Shown one piece after another: positions 1 through 15,265 of a stretch of 64,000 nt of DNA. Both the position numbers and the translations under genes were made by a program. How positions within the stretch are numbered: the stretch's first letter is position 1; every line of letters begins with the position of its first letter. The notes under the pieces are model-generated. The model saw only the letters and a list, made by a program, of their open reading frames with translations, had not been told where the DNA came from and did no database searches. The DNA comes from Lingula anatina (taxonomy: Eukaryota; Animalia; Brachiopoda), in NCBI GenBank assembly GCA_051362555.1, contig CM120646.1, positions 8,060,001 through 8,124,000 of the forward strand, written 5' to 3'.

Positions 1-2058
1 ACACATCATAGGTTTGAATAATTAAAAGCGTAATTTCATTTAGTTGACTTCGTATATAACCACACGGGAGGGATGTATTATTTCTTTGCCATTGTTTTCT
101 TGGAAGCGTGCATGCTGGAGAAATTGAGTGTCCGGTTTTAGATTGGTACTTTTTTTAAATGGTTTGATACTGTTCTCGAAAATTTAGACGTTTTGGAGTA
201 ATTGAGTACCCAGCAGTAAAATGATTCATCTGTTGCTTTGGCTTGACTTTGTGTTTGACAATGGAGACGTGTTGGCGATATTGAGTTTCCGGTATAAATA
301 TGACACGTCTTTTGGGTAAATACAGGTAGATTGAAAATTACAACGGTAGCTCTCGACGTTTCGTGTCGCTTCCTACGGAAACGTGGTCCTCCATAAAAGC
401 CAATCATTACTTTTGAATATCTTGGGCAACTTTAATGTTTCACCAGTGCTGAACATGTTGCAGTGGACTGTGTGGAAGGCATGCACTGCTCACCCCCCCC
501 CCCCAACCCCACCCGGCGAGTGCTTGGGATGTGATTGTGTTTAGTTTAACCATGGCCAGTACAATAAAAGGTGAACACAAAACCTATCAGTAACACAATA
601 TCATTGGTTTCCTATCTGTATTTTTCTTCTCTCCACCTGAAATCCCTTTTTTTCTCTGTTTTTGGGTATCACAGTAGCATCAAATGGGAGGAGGTGTGCT
701 TCACTGAGAGGGCCACATTTTGTGGCCATTTATTTCCATCGAATGCCATCTCTCCGGTATATTTATCCCCCATTTTATCCTCTTTTTACTTATCATCATA
801 ATATCAAACTTCACCATTTTGATAAATGACACGTATCATATCAACAACAACAAAAAAAAAAAAACTCGGTGAGCCTTTAAGCATTTAGAACCATAAATTC
901 AAATTGGTTGTGTCATTGCGACGTTTCCATTTCAATCCGTCTGCTCTCACCCTTAAGGTAATCTTTATATATAATGCTTCTAATGCTTCTAAAGACTAAA
1001 CATTATATATGCGTTTAATAAGCCGGAGGATAGCCGCCAGTTACCACTACGTTAAGTCTAAGAATTCTCACGGGAGAGGCGTATTTTGGGGATCGGCTTA
1101 AAAGTGAAGAATAAGTATGCATTTGTAGACAGTGATATTGATTGGCATGCGGTAGACGAAGTATGCAAGACGAGCAAAACTGCAGCGTGTACAAAACAGT
1201 ACAAAGAGAGACGTATTAGAGCCTTTGACAAAATGCCTTTAATGGTTTCTTCTAAAAGACCACAATTCTCTCAGCACCCTAAATCTAATATTCTGTTCTG
1301 CTTGGTTGTTAAACTTCACAGAAAATATAACTTGGTTACGGGATTTACGTCTCTTGAGTTTATCGCACTAGGGGCAGTATGCATGCTTGGTACGGTTTCA
1401 TCTACCCAAGTGGAAAATATATTGTTCTCTTGCGTCTCTTCTCAGATATTTTGCACATTAAATAAATAAAATGAATATAATAAACTTTCAACTTCCAAAC
1501 CTCGACATGATGTGTTAGTTATAAACACACATTATAATCCTGATTTTAAGAAACAAAGGCCCTAAACTGTGTTGATATCAACATTCGTTTTTAACTTGCT
1601 CGTTCCAAAACCTTCGAAACAACGGACCAGTCAAATATAGGTGCAGTCATGAATGATGTTTGTCCAGTTATCGACTTAAGAAGTAAATTAAAGCACGCAG
1701 TGGAATGGGCCAGAATCCTTCTAAACGCAAATCAGGGCTTCGCAGGACAAGTGACAGCTAGACATACTGTTTTTCCATATGTTAGCTTAGTTGATATGAT
1801 TTATCATGCACAGTATTGACTGCATAACAAGATAATGGTGGACACGGTGCAACGTGACGTTGCATATAAAAAAAAGATATCACCTAAAATATTAGAGAAC
1901 ATTGTATCCAGGAATAATGTTAAGTGCTACTCAGTTTTACATGTTCATTATGTCCATTGGTTGAGAAGTACAGCTGATCCTTAACAAGGAGTTTGATTTA
2001 AAACCCCTTTCAATGCGGTATATACATATAAATTATAACAGCGTCGCAAGATGTCTAA

Positions 2059-2284
2059 GACTGGGTTCCCACAGATTTAGATCGATCCATCTGGATCGAC
2101 CTAACTCCCTGGGGGTTCACGCTAAATTGCTGTCAGCTTCCGGGAGCCGAGCGCGCACAAAAGTTAATAACCCCCTTACAGCTTTTAGTAGGCGGGACAG
2201 ACATTTAAGCCAGTTAAGCCGACAGCAATCTAGTGGGACTCCCCAGGGGGATAGATCGATCTAAATATCTGTGGGAATGGTCTC
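2059..2284. mobile_element. MITE, PIF/Harbinger-like non-autonomous element
   Basis: Long imperfect inverted repeats: ttcccacagatttagatcgatc vs gatcgatctaaatatctgtgggaa, and inner ccctgggggttcacgctaaattgctgtcagctt vs aagccgacagcaatctagtgggactccccagggg. Flanked by TAA (2056-2058) and TTA (2285-2287), a TWA-type target. Confidence 0.75.
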
Positions 2285-3300
2285 TTACAGACCTGTTTGC
2301 ATCGACCAATCTAATAATAGCCTAACTAAGAACCCAATCTAAGAACCTAAGCTACATTGGACTTGACTCAAAATGATGATACACCTATTTAATGAAAATG
2401 CTTGGTTTATTGGAGCAGTGCAGTGCATTTCAATAGCAGTCTGAATATACAGTGTGCTCCTAACGAGTACAGTTACAGGGCTAGTAAAACTTTCCATGCT
2501 AACGGTAAATGTTGCTTATGCTAAATATTTGAGCAAACCTTTCTACAGTTAAAAAAGCGTGTAAGACAGCTTACATAGTATATAAGGGTCACCTTACCAA
2601 ATTTAATATAATCAGATTGTGTATCATGTTGACTCGCTCGGGAGTCACCGGTTACACTTTATGGAAGATAGATACGATTTGACTGAGGGTCAAGACAACA
2701 AACATTTATACCAAAAAAAACTTCGCCTGAACAAGCCTTACCAAGGAACTTTTCACTGAATATGAAAGTCTTATTATATCTACACATTTTGACCAAGAAT
2801 AAGTAAGCTTCAAGATCCGCTTTCATTTTTCCTTCCACGATGGTGATATAAAACCTATCACGACTTAAATCCAGTGGGATTTGTATTTGTATGAGTTACA
2901 AAACTGCATCACCCGGGAATCGCACAAAACAGGTGTTTGTAATGCGTGTGTCAACGTTCTACCAACTGTGGTGTAAATGACACTTTGAAAGTAAAAAGAG
3001 AGAAATACATAAACTGAATGCCACTTTCAGCTTCGACATTTTAATGTAAGGTTGACAGGTTTAGTATAACCAAACCAGATGTGTATGGCATGGTTTGCAT
3101 AGCATTGACATAAGATCTGGTAACGAGTCCCTCGCGATATGCTATCTCGGCAGCAAAGGCACAGAAAGGGATAACGTAGCTGTTTTTGACAGGAAGCCCA
3201 TTAGACGGAAAGATAATATTGACATGTGAATACGTGACCCATATTGTCCCAGCTTTTCGATTGCGCCCTTCCCTAAATAGACTTTAGTAATTTCATATAA

Positions 3301-3302
<2 letters not shown>

Positions 3303-3388
<86 letters not shown>

Positions 3389-3393
3389 TTTTT
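3303..3393. repeat. (AT)n microsatellite followed by poly-T
   Basis: About 39 perfect AT units, then a T run. Confidence 0.98.
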
Positions 3394-6300
3394 GTTTTGT
3401 TTTGTTTTGAAAGAATTGACGGAATCAATCCTTTACAATGTTCCTTTAAATTTTAGGCACTGTGTTTTGCCAGACCCATTCTGTATAGTAAAGTTTTTTT
3501 TGTTGAAGAATGCACGAAGAAACAAACTAATTCCCCTTGTTCTCCGCCCTCACGCAATCTGTCTATCTTTGCGCTAGGATTGAATTACATGTCAACCGTC
3601 ATTCCCTGTTATTCTTTAATTGTAAATTTGTGCAACGCCCTTTTAGTGTAACATTTGAGATGCATTTGATTTATTCTAAGTTAATGGCAAATATCGCAAG
3701 ATCAGAAATTACTGATTCCTTAAAGCAAAATCAATTCACCAATAAAATACACATACATGTATTCGGCAAGATATGGTGATACGCTTTTCGCACGAATAAT
3801 GATACGCAAACTGCTATATGCTGCCTTAAGCGAAAAAAGCCATTGTTTTTATTTCCGTCTTGGAGCAACTGCAGGCGAAACAAGGAAAGGTTTTGGCACG
3901 CGCCATTTGGACATGACCACCAGCATAATGTTCAATTGTGTGATCGTTTACATCAGCAGGGCAATAAACACTGCTTACGTGGGACCCTAGAGGAGACAGA
4001 GCAACACAAAAGTGTACGACGTACATCAATTTTGGTGTAATCTCCTCTCAGTAATATTTGCTGATTGGAGCAAGTTTCGATAAAATCCACAGACATTATC
4101 GGCTTTGCACAAGACCGAGTTGTTTAAGGACGAAATCGATACAGTAGTTGCAAAGGAAAAGACAGGGCGAAGAGATTTCTGAAACAGCCGGCCGTTGTCT
4201 TTCTGACACGCAAGTGCATGTCCTCTTAAAATAAATAATGTAAGCGTATTGTTTATGTTACATGGGCATTTAAGGGTAAACAGTCACCGATATTTTTTTA
4301 AGGCACGCGCTTCTAATATATGGTTCGATTTCATTTGTAGAATAAGAACGAGGAAAAGATTGATATTAGAAGACGAGGAAGCAAACATTTGAATAATAAA
4401 AAGCTGCCAACGAAACATGATACATGTACAACTAACATATGCATTCCCCTTTTTTATCTGTATGAAAGAATCACCATTTATTGTCAGAGGTTTCGTGGGA
4501 GGGAAATCGTTTCCTTGAACAGCAAAGCGTGTAATACGGTTTGCCACAATGTCTTCTCGGACTCCAACAGATTCCAAAAAATATTGTTTACGGCACCTAC
4601 TGTGGTTTCAAGATAACAAAGCAGCATGCTAGAATTACGACTCTTTTAATAAAGGTTGTCACATATCCTATAAAACAAAGGATATAGATATTAATTCATC
4701 AACCAGGGGTTTGGTAAACGCCAAGCTGTTTGCCCTATCACTCTGAAGTACAAAAGGTTGCAAGATCAATCTCCCAGATTTATGGCGTACTGTAACATGC
4801 TATATATCATATTTGCAAGTTTGATTTCCGCGAACTGCGCAATAACTTTCCTGTGATATTTCATGTGAATAAACATTGCCACAGGTTGATGAACTAGGTC
4901 TTATTTATGCTACCTCGATTGTATTTTAACTAAGGCCATTTCATTCTCTCTTTTGGATGAGACCAAATCTGACCTGCTTGAATTAAAACAAGGCTTTATG
5001 AAGCCCTCTTTTTCTTTTATGTCGAGACAATTCTACTAGGACATAAATGACTAGAATAACGGGGCATTCTCTGTCTAGAGCATTTACTTAAAAGAATGAA
5101 TATAAGGCCGATGTCACAACCTAGAGCTATTAAGATCGACCCCAAAGGACAGTTAATGGACCGACCAGAATTAGAACCATTACCGTATACTTGTGTGCAA
5201 AATCCTTCAATTTCCCAGGACACCAAGTTTATTAGTATATATACACCAACAATATCTCCGACCACTCTACTTACTGCTTGTCTATACAGAAAGGGATCAT
5301 TCCAAGAAGAGAAAAATGTCAACGTTACTCATATCAATAAAATTTCCAAACAGTAGGTTGCCCTTCCCAAATCGTACTATTCAGGCATACGGCATTAAAA
5401 AGATGTTGTTCAAAGCGCGTCTTACAATTTAATCAAGTGATCGCATTGCCGAAATAATCTGCCAGTCTGTGTTTCTTTAGTTTATCGGCCGTGTCCAGAT
5501 GTTCCAATACCATAATAATAATACGAAAAAATATTGTGAAAAAAAGTGTCGAATATGCTTTCGAAGTCAATGTCTTAAGCAATAAATACCAAAATGCACC
5601 GGCATGTGGTTAACGTTTTAAAGACATTTTCAAAGAAGATGCCAGAACTGTCTAGGTAGTCATCAAACACATTCCTGTGGTTCTGGACAATAAGATTCAG
5701 AGATAAAATTCCAAATACATTAACTCGCAAATCCCAATACAATTTGCTGAAATAAGTGCTTATCTATATACAATCTGATGCAAAACGGAATGAATGAGAC
5801 GGAAGAGAATGAAATGTCGAATAAAAGAGCTTTGTGTAGGGTCTAGTGTTGAAAGAGATTGTTCGTGTAAAAAAAGAGCAAGCTATGATTTATGATTTTG
5901 TTCCGAAACTTTGCGGATATGTCATGAAAAGGACAAACAAAATGCCATACTATGCTATTGGAAATGAATTCAATTGCGTAACTTAAAAGAAGAAAATATC
6001 TTTAGATATCTGTAAATTACGTTTTTATCTGACACTAATTGGAAAATAAACTTTTTTAATAAAAAGAAAAGGTTTTAATGTTAATCTGAGCCCGTTGAAG
6101 ATACAAATTCTCACATCAAAGGCGCAATGGTTTCAGCAAACATAACAAACACCACCTTTCTATAAATCGCTATTACCTATAGGGGCATGATTTTACGCCC
6201 AAGAAAAAGAGTTATCGATTCCCCCTCCTACCTGATATTGATAAGGATAACCCGATTTGGAGCTGTGTCCTCAAGGAAGGGGAAAGGTTACACTGATTAT

Positions 6301-6658
6301 CTTAAACAGTCATTGGGTAATGTGCAAGTAGAGGACCCAGTGGGGGCCAATAATCTTGCGTATTGATCCGCGAGGAAACTTTGCCCAACAGTTTTGGAGA
6401 TTCCATGCATCAAGGATTAGTCGGTTCCCTAAAGGAGACTGGATTGAGAGCTTAGAACCGGTATATAGGATTGCTCATTGTAACTGAGATTTAGAAATGT
6501 GTGGGCAGGCACCAAAGATTGAGTTAGTCTGGCTATTAATTAGGTTTAGTTCCAATGCTACATTCCCTTGTATGCACGTAAGGTACTTTGGTTTAGAGAA
6601 GATGACACGAAAGAGTTTATAACACAACTACGTCTGTCTACATCTAATCGTCTAATCA

Positions 6659-6663
<5 letters not shown>

Positions 6664-6692
<29 letters not shown>
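6664..6692. repeat. (GA)n microsatellite
   Basis: Direct reading. Confidence 0.97.
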
Positions 6693-6695
<3 letters not shown>

Positions 6696-8243
6696 TCCAT
6701 TTCCACAATTTGTATCACACATTTTGTTCACTACTATGTTCTTAATGCCCATGAGCACAGAATGATAATTATGATTATTGTATTTTAACATCACCTTGGC
6801 CTCGCTACCATAAAATGAGTTAATCGCTGGTTTGTTCAATTATTTTAAAACTTTCACGACAAGACGAAACATATTTAGAATTCATCAAGTAATGTTGTTC
6901 ACAATTTAGCTGGGTAAGAGGAGAGGATGTGTTCGGGATATTACTCGTACTCAGACTATTCAACTGGCTGATATTGATAAGACCTGACCAGATAAATGTG
7001 TCAGGGGTCAGGAAATTAAAGGAAAAAGAACATTGTAGTTCTACTTAACACAGTTAAACTCAAAACCAGATTGGTTATGCCCGAGCATTAGAAGGTTATT
7101 GTGGTACAACTAATGGCAAATTTTTGGTTATGTACGGTTTTAGATTAGTTTTATTGTGGCATGCATGTACATGTTTATTTTAGGAATCGCCCAAAAATAT
7201 AGAACATCAGACAACCTTACATATATTCCACGAATTTAATTACAGCTGCTCATCGTTTCGATATGGACATTCAGGCAACTCTATGACTTTTAATCGTATA
7301 TGAAGATCACACAATTTGGTTTACTTTATCACTTCGGTATGAAACCATGCAACACCCGTCTTCGCTCTGTTGGAAGCAGAAGCACTTTTAGGTGCAAATG
7401 GCATTTCACGAAATCTCTCTGAAGAGACGTTTAAAACCACAGAGAACTAACTTAGCACAATGCGGTAAAACAAAAGGGTGCCCTAGAGATATTAGTTTGA
7501 GTTCTTACTTACATATACCATTAGACCGAGACAAATGTGCGGTTGGTGGTGATGCTTCACACCAAATCTCATTTCTGTTCTACCACAAAGCCACACCACG
7601 TCTACGCCATGGTCTTCTAGAGATAAACTACAGATGTGCCGTCGTTCACAAGAATGGAGTCATGAAAGAAAAACCCCGCACGACTTCTTAACCAATCCAG
7701 TCCAATTCTGAGCGCCCCTCAGTACAGAACGATTAAAAAAGTCAGACTGATCTGGAGTAATTACGATAAAAGCTATTCACGTGGACTGATGTTTGTAAGT
7801 CTCTTCTTCCGGCAGCAGGGGATGCGTTTCCTTAATCAGTGTCCTCGCCAACAATGCTGGGAGTCTTCAAAGTAGCAATTGCTTCGTATCGCTTTCTTGA
7901 AGGTTCAAAAGCACAAAACATCAATATCGAGTCGTAGATTATTTGGCTACGGTGAACAGCGTGTATCCTCTCTTTTAACAAACTTTTTGCTACTTGATTA
8001 CGTGGACTGTGTTATTCGTATAATATAATAATAAATTTAAAGTAAAGTATATTTGAAAACATGTCTACACATGACACGTCACATTTCAACCCAACACGTC
8101 AACACTGCATCAGCTCCCAACACCCAGTTTTAAGCGACTACAGGACGATCGCATCAACTGTTAGCACAACAATTCTGTTTTCAAGACCAAAATAATAACA
8201 AAAGCAAGAGAAATCATACTTCTTAAACTTGGAATGTAGGTAA

Positions 8244-8247
<4 letters not shown>

Positions 8248-8274
<27 letters not shown>
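8248..8274. repeat. (CA)n microsatellite
   Basis: Direct reading. Confidence 0.97.
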
Positions 8275-8278
<4 letters not shown>

Positions 8279-9070
8279 TATATAGCATGTCTATAAGCCC
8301 CTATTCAACAATCGGACTATACTTTTAAGATTGTTGGGTATATGTAATCATGTTCAATAATTCTTTTAAACGTTTGACAGTCTAAAATGAACACGACTGA
8401 CGGTCGGACAAACCGTACCTTGAAGGACATAATTGTATGTATATTGACGTGTATATGATAGTAAGGTAAGGAGTGATGGACAGGTACAATAGAAACTAAT
8501 GTCTTGCATGTAATAGGTACATCATAACGTGCACTGGCTACACTATAAGTAAGTTATCAACAACCAACAGTCTACTTTCGTTAAAAGAACCTTCGGAGTA
8601 GGCCTATTTCACATTTCTCACGGGTATACAAGTTATCTCGTCCATTACTTTGTAAACGTATTTTTAAATGTTAAATGATACTTAGCTGGAAGCAAGTATA
8701 CATACTGTGCATTTACACATCATCAACAACCACATTTTCGACCATTAGTGATAAATTTTGGACCGGTGACTTATTAAGTATTTATACAATTGGCGTTTTA
8801 GACCAAATTAGTGATAGTGTTTTTGGTATGGGAATAATTCTTACAGCTACATGAAACCACTTAAATAAAAATCACCAGTGTGGGACATGTTTTTTTTTTA
8901 CTTATGTTTCTCTTGCATATTACTCATCTAAGATTTAAGCGTGAGGAATATCCCAGTAGAGATCAGGCATGAAGCAGTTACTTTATGGACGACAATCAAG
9001 TGTGTTCTCTGACAATGGCGTACAATACCACAGCCGAACTTGAGGTGGATAAAGGGAGTAGTGCGAGTGC

Positions 9071-9103
9071 ATAATAATGATGATGATGATGATGATGATG
9101 ATG
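9071..9103. repeat. (ATA)2(ATG)9 trinucleotide microsatellite
   Basis: Direct reading; explains the poly-I and poly-H ORFs in the track. Confidence 0.95.
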
Positions 9104-12100
9104 AATTTTTTGTAGGAGTTTACATCCAATGACCATGCGCCGATTCTGTTCAAAATCGTTGGGACCATGAGTCCACCATGCTGCTTCCGGTGTAGTCACG
9201 TGGTATCCACGAAGACGTGCTTACTTCGATGTAGTAAAATATCGATCACAGGGCACTAGATTATGAACCTGACTGATTCCTACTGATTTTTTCATCTCTC
9301 ACCTACTGCCACGTCTATACCCATCCTGAATTGTCATTCATCACAGGACCACCGTCTTTGCATATCCGCACTGAAATCTATTTAAAGCAAAGTCCCCGCA
9401 TTTACAAAGATGCAGAATGAAATTAGCTACGACTTTGATGCATCACCCCAGCAAATCAAATACGTGTTGATCAAGTGATATCCCTGAAAAAAATCCAACT
9501 TAGGTTTTTAAACCTTTTTTGCTTTCTATTGTATTTGTCAGACAATAGAAACTAATGTTGTTTTGTTAATCAATCACTGGATATAAAGGAACAGCAACTA
9601 TCAATAACTTTATTGTTGACAAGATTTTTATAGTATTCAGGACGATGCCTCTTGTCATGAAATATATTTTTATTTTACAAGTTTGTTTTCTATGGTATCG
9701 ATGAACTAAACTATAAAATCTAATTGCCTTGCTGTCATATGTTATCTCCATTATGAATTAAACGTGAATAATGGGCTTTTATCCGAGATCCCATGTTGTG
9801 TCGTTTTGAAATTTAGATCACTTCATCTGAACATGACATTTCATAATTGATCAAAAGGAGCGTGCGGAGATGAAACAAAAAATTATTTACAGTCACGATC
9901 ACAGTAAAAAGTCAATTTTGCATATTTGGCAATTTCTTATTGTAGGAAATGAAACTTCCGCCTTCTATTGCCTGTGGTTCTGCCACTAAATTGAAAGTTT
10001 ACTCAATCGGCTAGACAAGACTTAAAATCAAAGGGTAAAATTCGTTTCATTTTCTTTGAATTTCCTTTACATCACGTTCGAATAACCCAGTCCAGCTTCG
10101 TAGTATGATATCATGCGCTTTGATTATAAAGGCTAATAAAACAGACTTTTTGACAGTGCTTTGTGTACGGCCTATGCGCATATATACAACAGTACTCTGA
10201 ATAAATGTAAGAAAGCTTCACAATTCTTTTAATACAAAACCTATTTTAGTTTTAAGTATTTCAAATAAAAGCCAAATAACGTATATTGTATTAGGTAAGT
10301 TATCCTGCTTAAATCAATGCCTTAATTATGAGTGGAATTTTTCACATTGTAACGTGGCGGACCTGGCGAAAAAACATGGCGTTTGGGGCATAGCATAGTG
10401 TCAGGCAGATGCATTTGTTTCTTCTGTCGTTGTTTTCCCTAGAGAAGCAGGTTTTTCAGGCTCTTATAATTGTGATATTTTTGACGTCATTAAAGGTGAT
10501 GATAAAACAACGTACAATAACGATAACATATCTATTAGTGTTTACTCTTTATCCATGTCAGTTGTCCCATAAAACAAAACATATAAAGACCAGCCCAAAG
10601 TTTCTGCTATGCTAACTTGCACCAAGACATACTTTTTACATTGTCATAAATTTTCAGGTAGCTCGGCGCATGCGCATACATTTTCAATCTGCTGCAATCA
10701 CATCATAAGGCCAACAAGGCCAACAAAACTAGTAAAGCCATCACGGTCTAGTCGGCTAAGACACAGACCGCAATCGCGTGATTGATTAATACGAGCAGAT
10801 GATTGATCAAAGTTATTTGGTATAGTCATCTGTCAAAATGAATATATTTTTGCTGAAAAAAATCAGAACCGTATGCTCTTGAGGCTTGGTGGCTTGGAGC
10901 TGCGTTGGTGTACACGCAAGGGCTTGGTAAACTCATGACTTGCATGCCAACGTCAAAGGACAAATAAGTGAACTATAAAACTGTGATTTTAGGGTTTTGC
11001 ACTTACACTAGATATCTCATTTCTGTAAAGCAATATGTTTTATGACGAAATTCATAAATAGTCGTCCTTCATTCTGCACTTGCCGGTATCGATACATCTA
11101 TCTAAGCAGAAAAAGGTTTTTTAAATGAAAGGAATTTTAGATTACAAATAACAATAAAGTAAATGCCACATCTAATTCATTCACATCTAATCTCGCCAGA
11201 TCTCATCCCAACGATAACTGTTTTATTGCGCTGTAAGGGGCAGTTATCAGAGCATGTCGCTTTTTAACCAAGCTTCTTTCAATCAACTGGAGCAAAAAGT
11301 TACCGTTAAAAATGGCGTTCAAATAACTTACTCAAACCCTGGATTTCATGGTGCAAAAGGAACTCTCGTCTTAACAATCTATAGAACATAGCTTTCAGTT
11401 AACTTTGGGACTAAGGGTTCCTAACCTCAGACCTCTATCAATTATTTCTTGCAAGGTATAGGACATTACATATTGATGTTTTTTTCTAATTAGATAACTC
11501 AGCAATGGAGGTCGCAAATGCTGTACATATTCTAACAGACTGGTAGAATTATGACGCACAAGGGTAACCAAGTTCAGATTCATTTTTATCGTTTCTGACA
11601 AAACACTACACGATGCATATTTATCTTTGCCTAATCATATAAACTCACTTTAAATGTGCTTCGCAGGGCATAGATCAAAGATAAATGTAAGAAATATGTC
11701 ATACAAAATTAACCAAACCCATGTCATTTGATAGATTCTGGCAGACTATTAGACCTTTAACAATGATGTTATCGTATTAGAAAGCTCATATGTGCCGGTC
11801 ATTTATCTCAAGAAAACATCGACCACAAATCACAAACTGAACAAACGACTTCAGCGTTTGACATATACCCAAATAGAAAGAGCTTTGTACTGGCATGTTT
11901 CTGGTAAGGTATTTCTTGGCAAGGTGCATGACGGTGGCGTATCTACATGCGTCTTGCGCATGGGGCGAAAAAGTGCGTGACTGCACACAAACAGAAATGT
12001 TTATTTTTGCCATACAATCTCATGAGATTGTCGGCATAAAATAATATTTGTTGCTGTGCGTTTTAGCAACTTTGTATAGTTGAATGTTACATTTCCGTAA

Positions 12101-14384
12101 AAAAGTTTTAAAAATGGTTAGGTTTCCTTAATATATATAGAAATAATATCACAGATCTCTCTCTACGCGTTAAAACACTTGGTTTTTATCTACATGTGTA
12201 ACAACAGATAGAAGACACCTCACACCTCACAGTACATTTTGTTTGGATTCATCCTTTTTCCATCCCTCCCTGTCCATCCCATACACCATAGCTGTTTTAA
12301 TTTACCCTCTATCCCGACATATGTTCTTAGGAGGCAAAAACCCGGTTCCCCCAGTGCGGCAGAGTATGACCATTCATTGGATTAATTATGCTAACTGGAA
12401 CCAAAAACTAATATCTGGCCTAGGCTTAATAAACAGATTGCACTGGGGATTGCTGTAATTGCAAAATGATGGGTACGCTTAACCTACATTCTCCAAGAAT
12501 ACCACAGCCAGCTTTGCTTTTAATGTTCATTTATTGACCGAGAGAGAGCCTCATCATAGACCCTGGATTGAGAGGACTGGGACATAGAGATGACGTTCTC
12601 TGTAGCAACACAATGTTCACATGTTTAATGTATGCTTCTTTTCATTGGGGTACTACTATATATATATATTCTTTTCTCTGTTTTATCTTCAGATAATAGT
12701 TGATAAAATATAAATTTTGTCTGACTCATTTCATAATGGTGTAAACTTTGGTTTAGAATTTCAAAGTCATCCAATTCAATGAAGTATTGGTTTGAAACAT
12801 TAGACATGTCTTTCGTAATATATACAGAGCATATTTTTCCTTTAAATGGACTACTACTGGCTTACATATAAAATGAGTCAAAGTAGGCTAGAAATTTGGT
12901 CTATAAGACGTAGATAAAATTTCGGGCTGAGGCTATTTTGTGCATCCTGCACCTGCACTTATGTAGTAAAAATGGCAAAAACTAAGACGTAACTACGTCG
13001 TTCAACGCAGGAGAAACTTAATATAATCTCTAAAGTACAATGTACGCCTTATGATTTAATGCTGAATCACCGTGTGTTAATAAGACGCTATTCTTTCCCC
13101 AACGAGCAATTTCCGATTATCTTTCAAAACCAGCATGTATAATCTAAAAATGCCTACCTGCAATAGTTCTCTTAAGATTTGAGATTAGACTTCTCATCTG
13201 CAAGAACACAAAGCTATCGGATGCATGATCAGGCAAGTAAAGAAAATGCGCCTCGTGAAATACTTTCAGTAGACACCTTAGCTTTATTATTGAAATGTAC
13301 GTACACTCGTTAAGATAAGGTACGGGTTATTTCCTATACACCAACAATTGTTGCTATATGGATTTTGACATTACCGCTTGTATCATGTTCCTAAAGTCTT
13401 CGATGCATCAATATTTTACGGAGCGTCGACAGAGAAATGACAGTTTTACGTCATAGTTACATTTGCATAAATTAACTGAAACATTACAAATATACGCCGA
13501 GCACACTATATCTGAAATGACAATCCCTTCAAAATTTCCTGTTAGGTTTTCAATCTTTTCTCTTTGGTGTTTACATGCCTCTGCATATGTTTCAGATTAA
13601 TGGTACCTTATGTTCACAAATAGAGTTGATATTGTCTTGTTTTACATCAGCTTGATGAATTTGGTTTGAGGAATTCACAATAAAAAATGAAAACCGGTGA
13701 ACACATTCCAGTGACGAGTGTGTTCTCGGGGGTCTTTTGCACTTTCTGCCATCTCACAGGGTTTCAAGTCATTGTCTTAATCTGGCTGTAGAAGATATGA
13801 GCACGGATATAAATCACTTTTTCTCGTTAGACGTGAATTTCTTTTTCATTAGAAATTGTTTTGGGCCGTATAACTGACCCAAATGTTCGGAATTCTTATT
13901 CAAAGAACCGTCTGACGTCAATTTCTTCCAATAATCGTCTCCATCAGAAGTAACTCGTCTGTTCATATTGCGAACTAATGAATGGCAATGTCTAATTGAT
14001 CGGCAATTATCAGTCGTCATTAAGCATTTCGTTGAATACGGGGCCTGATCGCTACATGACGTGACATAAGGACTGGTCTTATTAGCTGAAGGCGCCATTC
14101 TGCATACCAATTAGGAAAAAAAAAGAAGTCATCTTACTTAGTACCACACATAATATTTCAAAGAAAAGAAGATGTTTCGTAATTAGTGCTACCGATTTCA
14201 GCCTATCTCTCTACACAGGATATGTTAAATTTGCAATTTTCTAAAGGCAAATATTTTTTCCAATACTTTCCCCACATCGACCTAACTCTCCCCATTTCTC
14301 TTCCTTCCACTGCATCATTTTGTCAGTGACTGTACTATTGATGATACCAAGTTTGATAGCCACGCCCAATTGATCTGAAGTGAG

Positions 14385-14534
14385 ATTACCCTGGTGGATA
14401 TACAATAGATATATGTAGTAAAGTAAACATTTCCCAGGCCGATCGCATCAAAGCATAGAAAGGTCATGTCGTCTATTCTTTAATAAAATCGTATATCATT
14501 TTGATGCGATTTAGGTGATTCGCCACAGGGTAAT
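14385..14534. mobile_element. Degenerate inverted-repeat element (old MITE?)
   Basis: attaccctggtgg...atcgcatcaaa on the left vs tttgatgcgat...ccacagggtaat on the right; the left arm carries ~30 bp extra. Confidence 0.4.
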
Positions 14535-15175
14535 GTTCTCCGCAGGAGATTTGTGTATGGGTAAGCAAAGAATACTTCTATGCACCAAGGCAAATGGGGT
14601 TCCTTTCATCTTTTATAATAGATGTCAGTTTAATATATCACAGTTGAGCTTAGTATGCATGTGGTAGACGAGAGCTTTGGTCGCTTATATTGCCAGATTT
14701 ACAAGTTAAAATGGTGGATTTGACAAAATGTTACCATATTTACAACCGCTAGACAATCTACAGTGTACTGTTTACCATTTGGAAGCTCTCGCAGTTTAAT
14801 GAAGGGACACATATGCATGCGACTTCACACAGTCCGATTTTGAAAGTGGTTTGTGGAATTAGCATCGATTTAAACAGGCATTACACAAGGCAACACAAAA
14901 TAATTACTGTCCTCGAGTAGCTTACGTTGACAGCAAGATGCCACCAGGTGCAGCGTTGTCCTTATTTACTTCATGGTAATTAGCATCAGATTTTCTTTCG
15001 GGAATATCTCTTGCAGTCGTATGCACACGAAAGTCGTTTTATCATTGTCTTCATTAATCGCGTTCTCAGACACGGTGTTTCTAAAGCAGAATGTCAAGTC
15101 CTACAGCATGTGACCTTGAGCCTTTTCCAAACAAAAACGTCTTTTCGTGAATTGAGTTTAACTTCTTACAAATGT

Positions 15176-15265
15176 ACACGCACACACACACACACACACA
15201 CTCACAACTCATACACACACGCGCGCGCGCACACACACTCACACACACACACACACACACACACA
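15176..15265. repeat. Compound (CA)n/(CG)n microsatellite
   Basis: Direct reading; source of the poly-TH and poly-CV ORFs. Confidence 0.96.

Noticed and set aside
4299-4315. miR-124-like start (taaggcacgcg)
   Set aside because: Only the first 11 nt match; no hairpin
9040-9260. Retroelement-like peptide snippets (DDDDEFFVG; NDHAPILFKI)
   Set aside because: Different frames, derived partly from the ATG microsatellite, and no flanking zinc knuckle, endonuclease or RT motifs
9303-9483. Minus-strand exon bounded by good splice signals
   Set aside because: All three frames contain stops and there is no independent support
10737-10790. tRNA/SINE-like head (ggtctagtcggctaagac)
   Set aside because: A-box-like only; no B box (GTTCRA) and no cloverleaf
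12500-12520. miR-2-like string (cacagccagctttg, 14 nt match)
   Set aside because: The seed differs (accacag vs atcacag), the 3' end diverges and there is no convincing complementary arm
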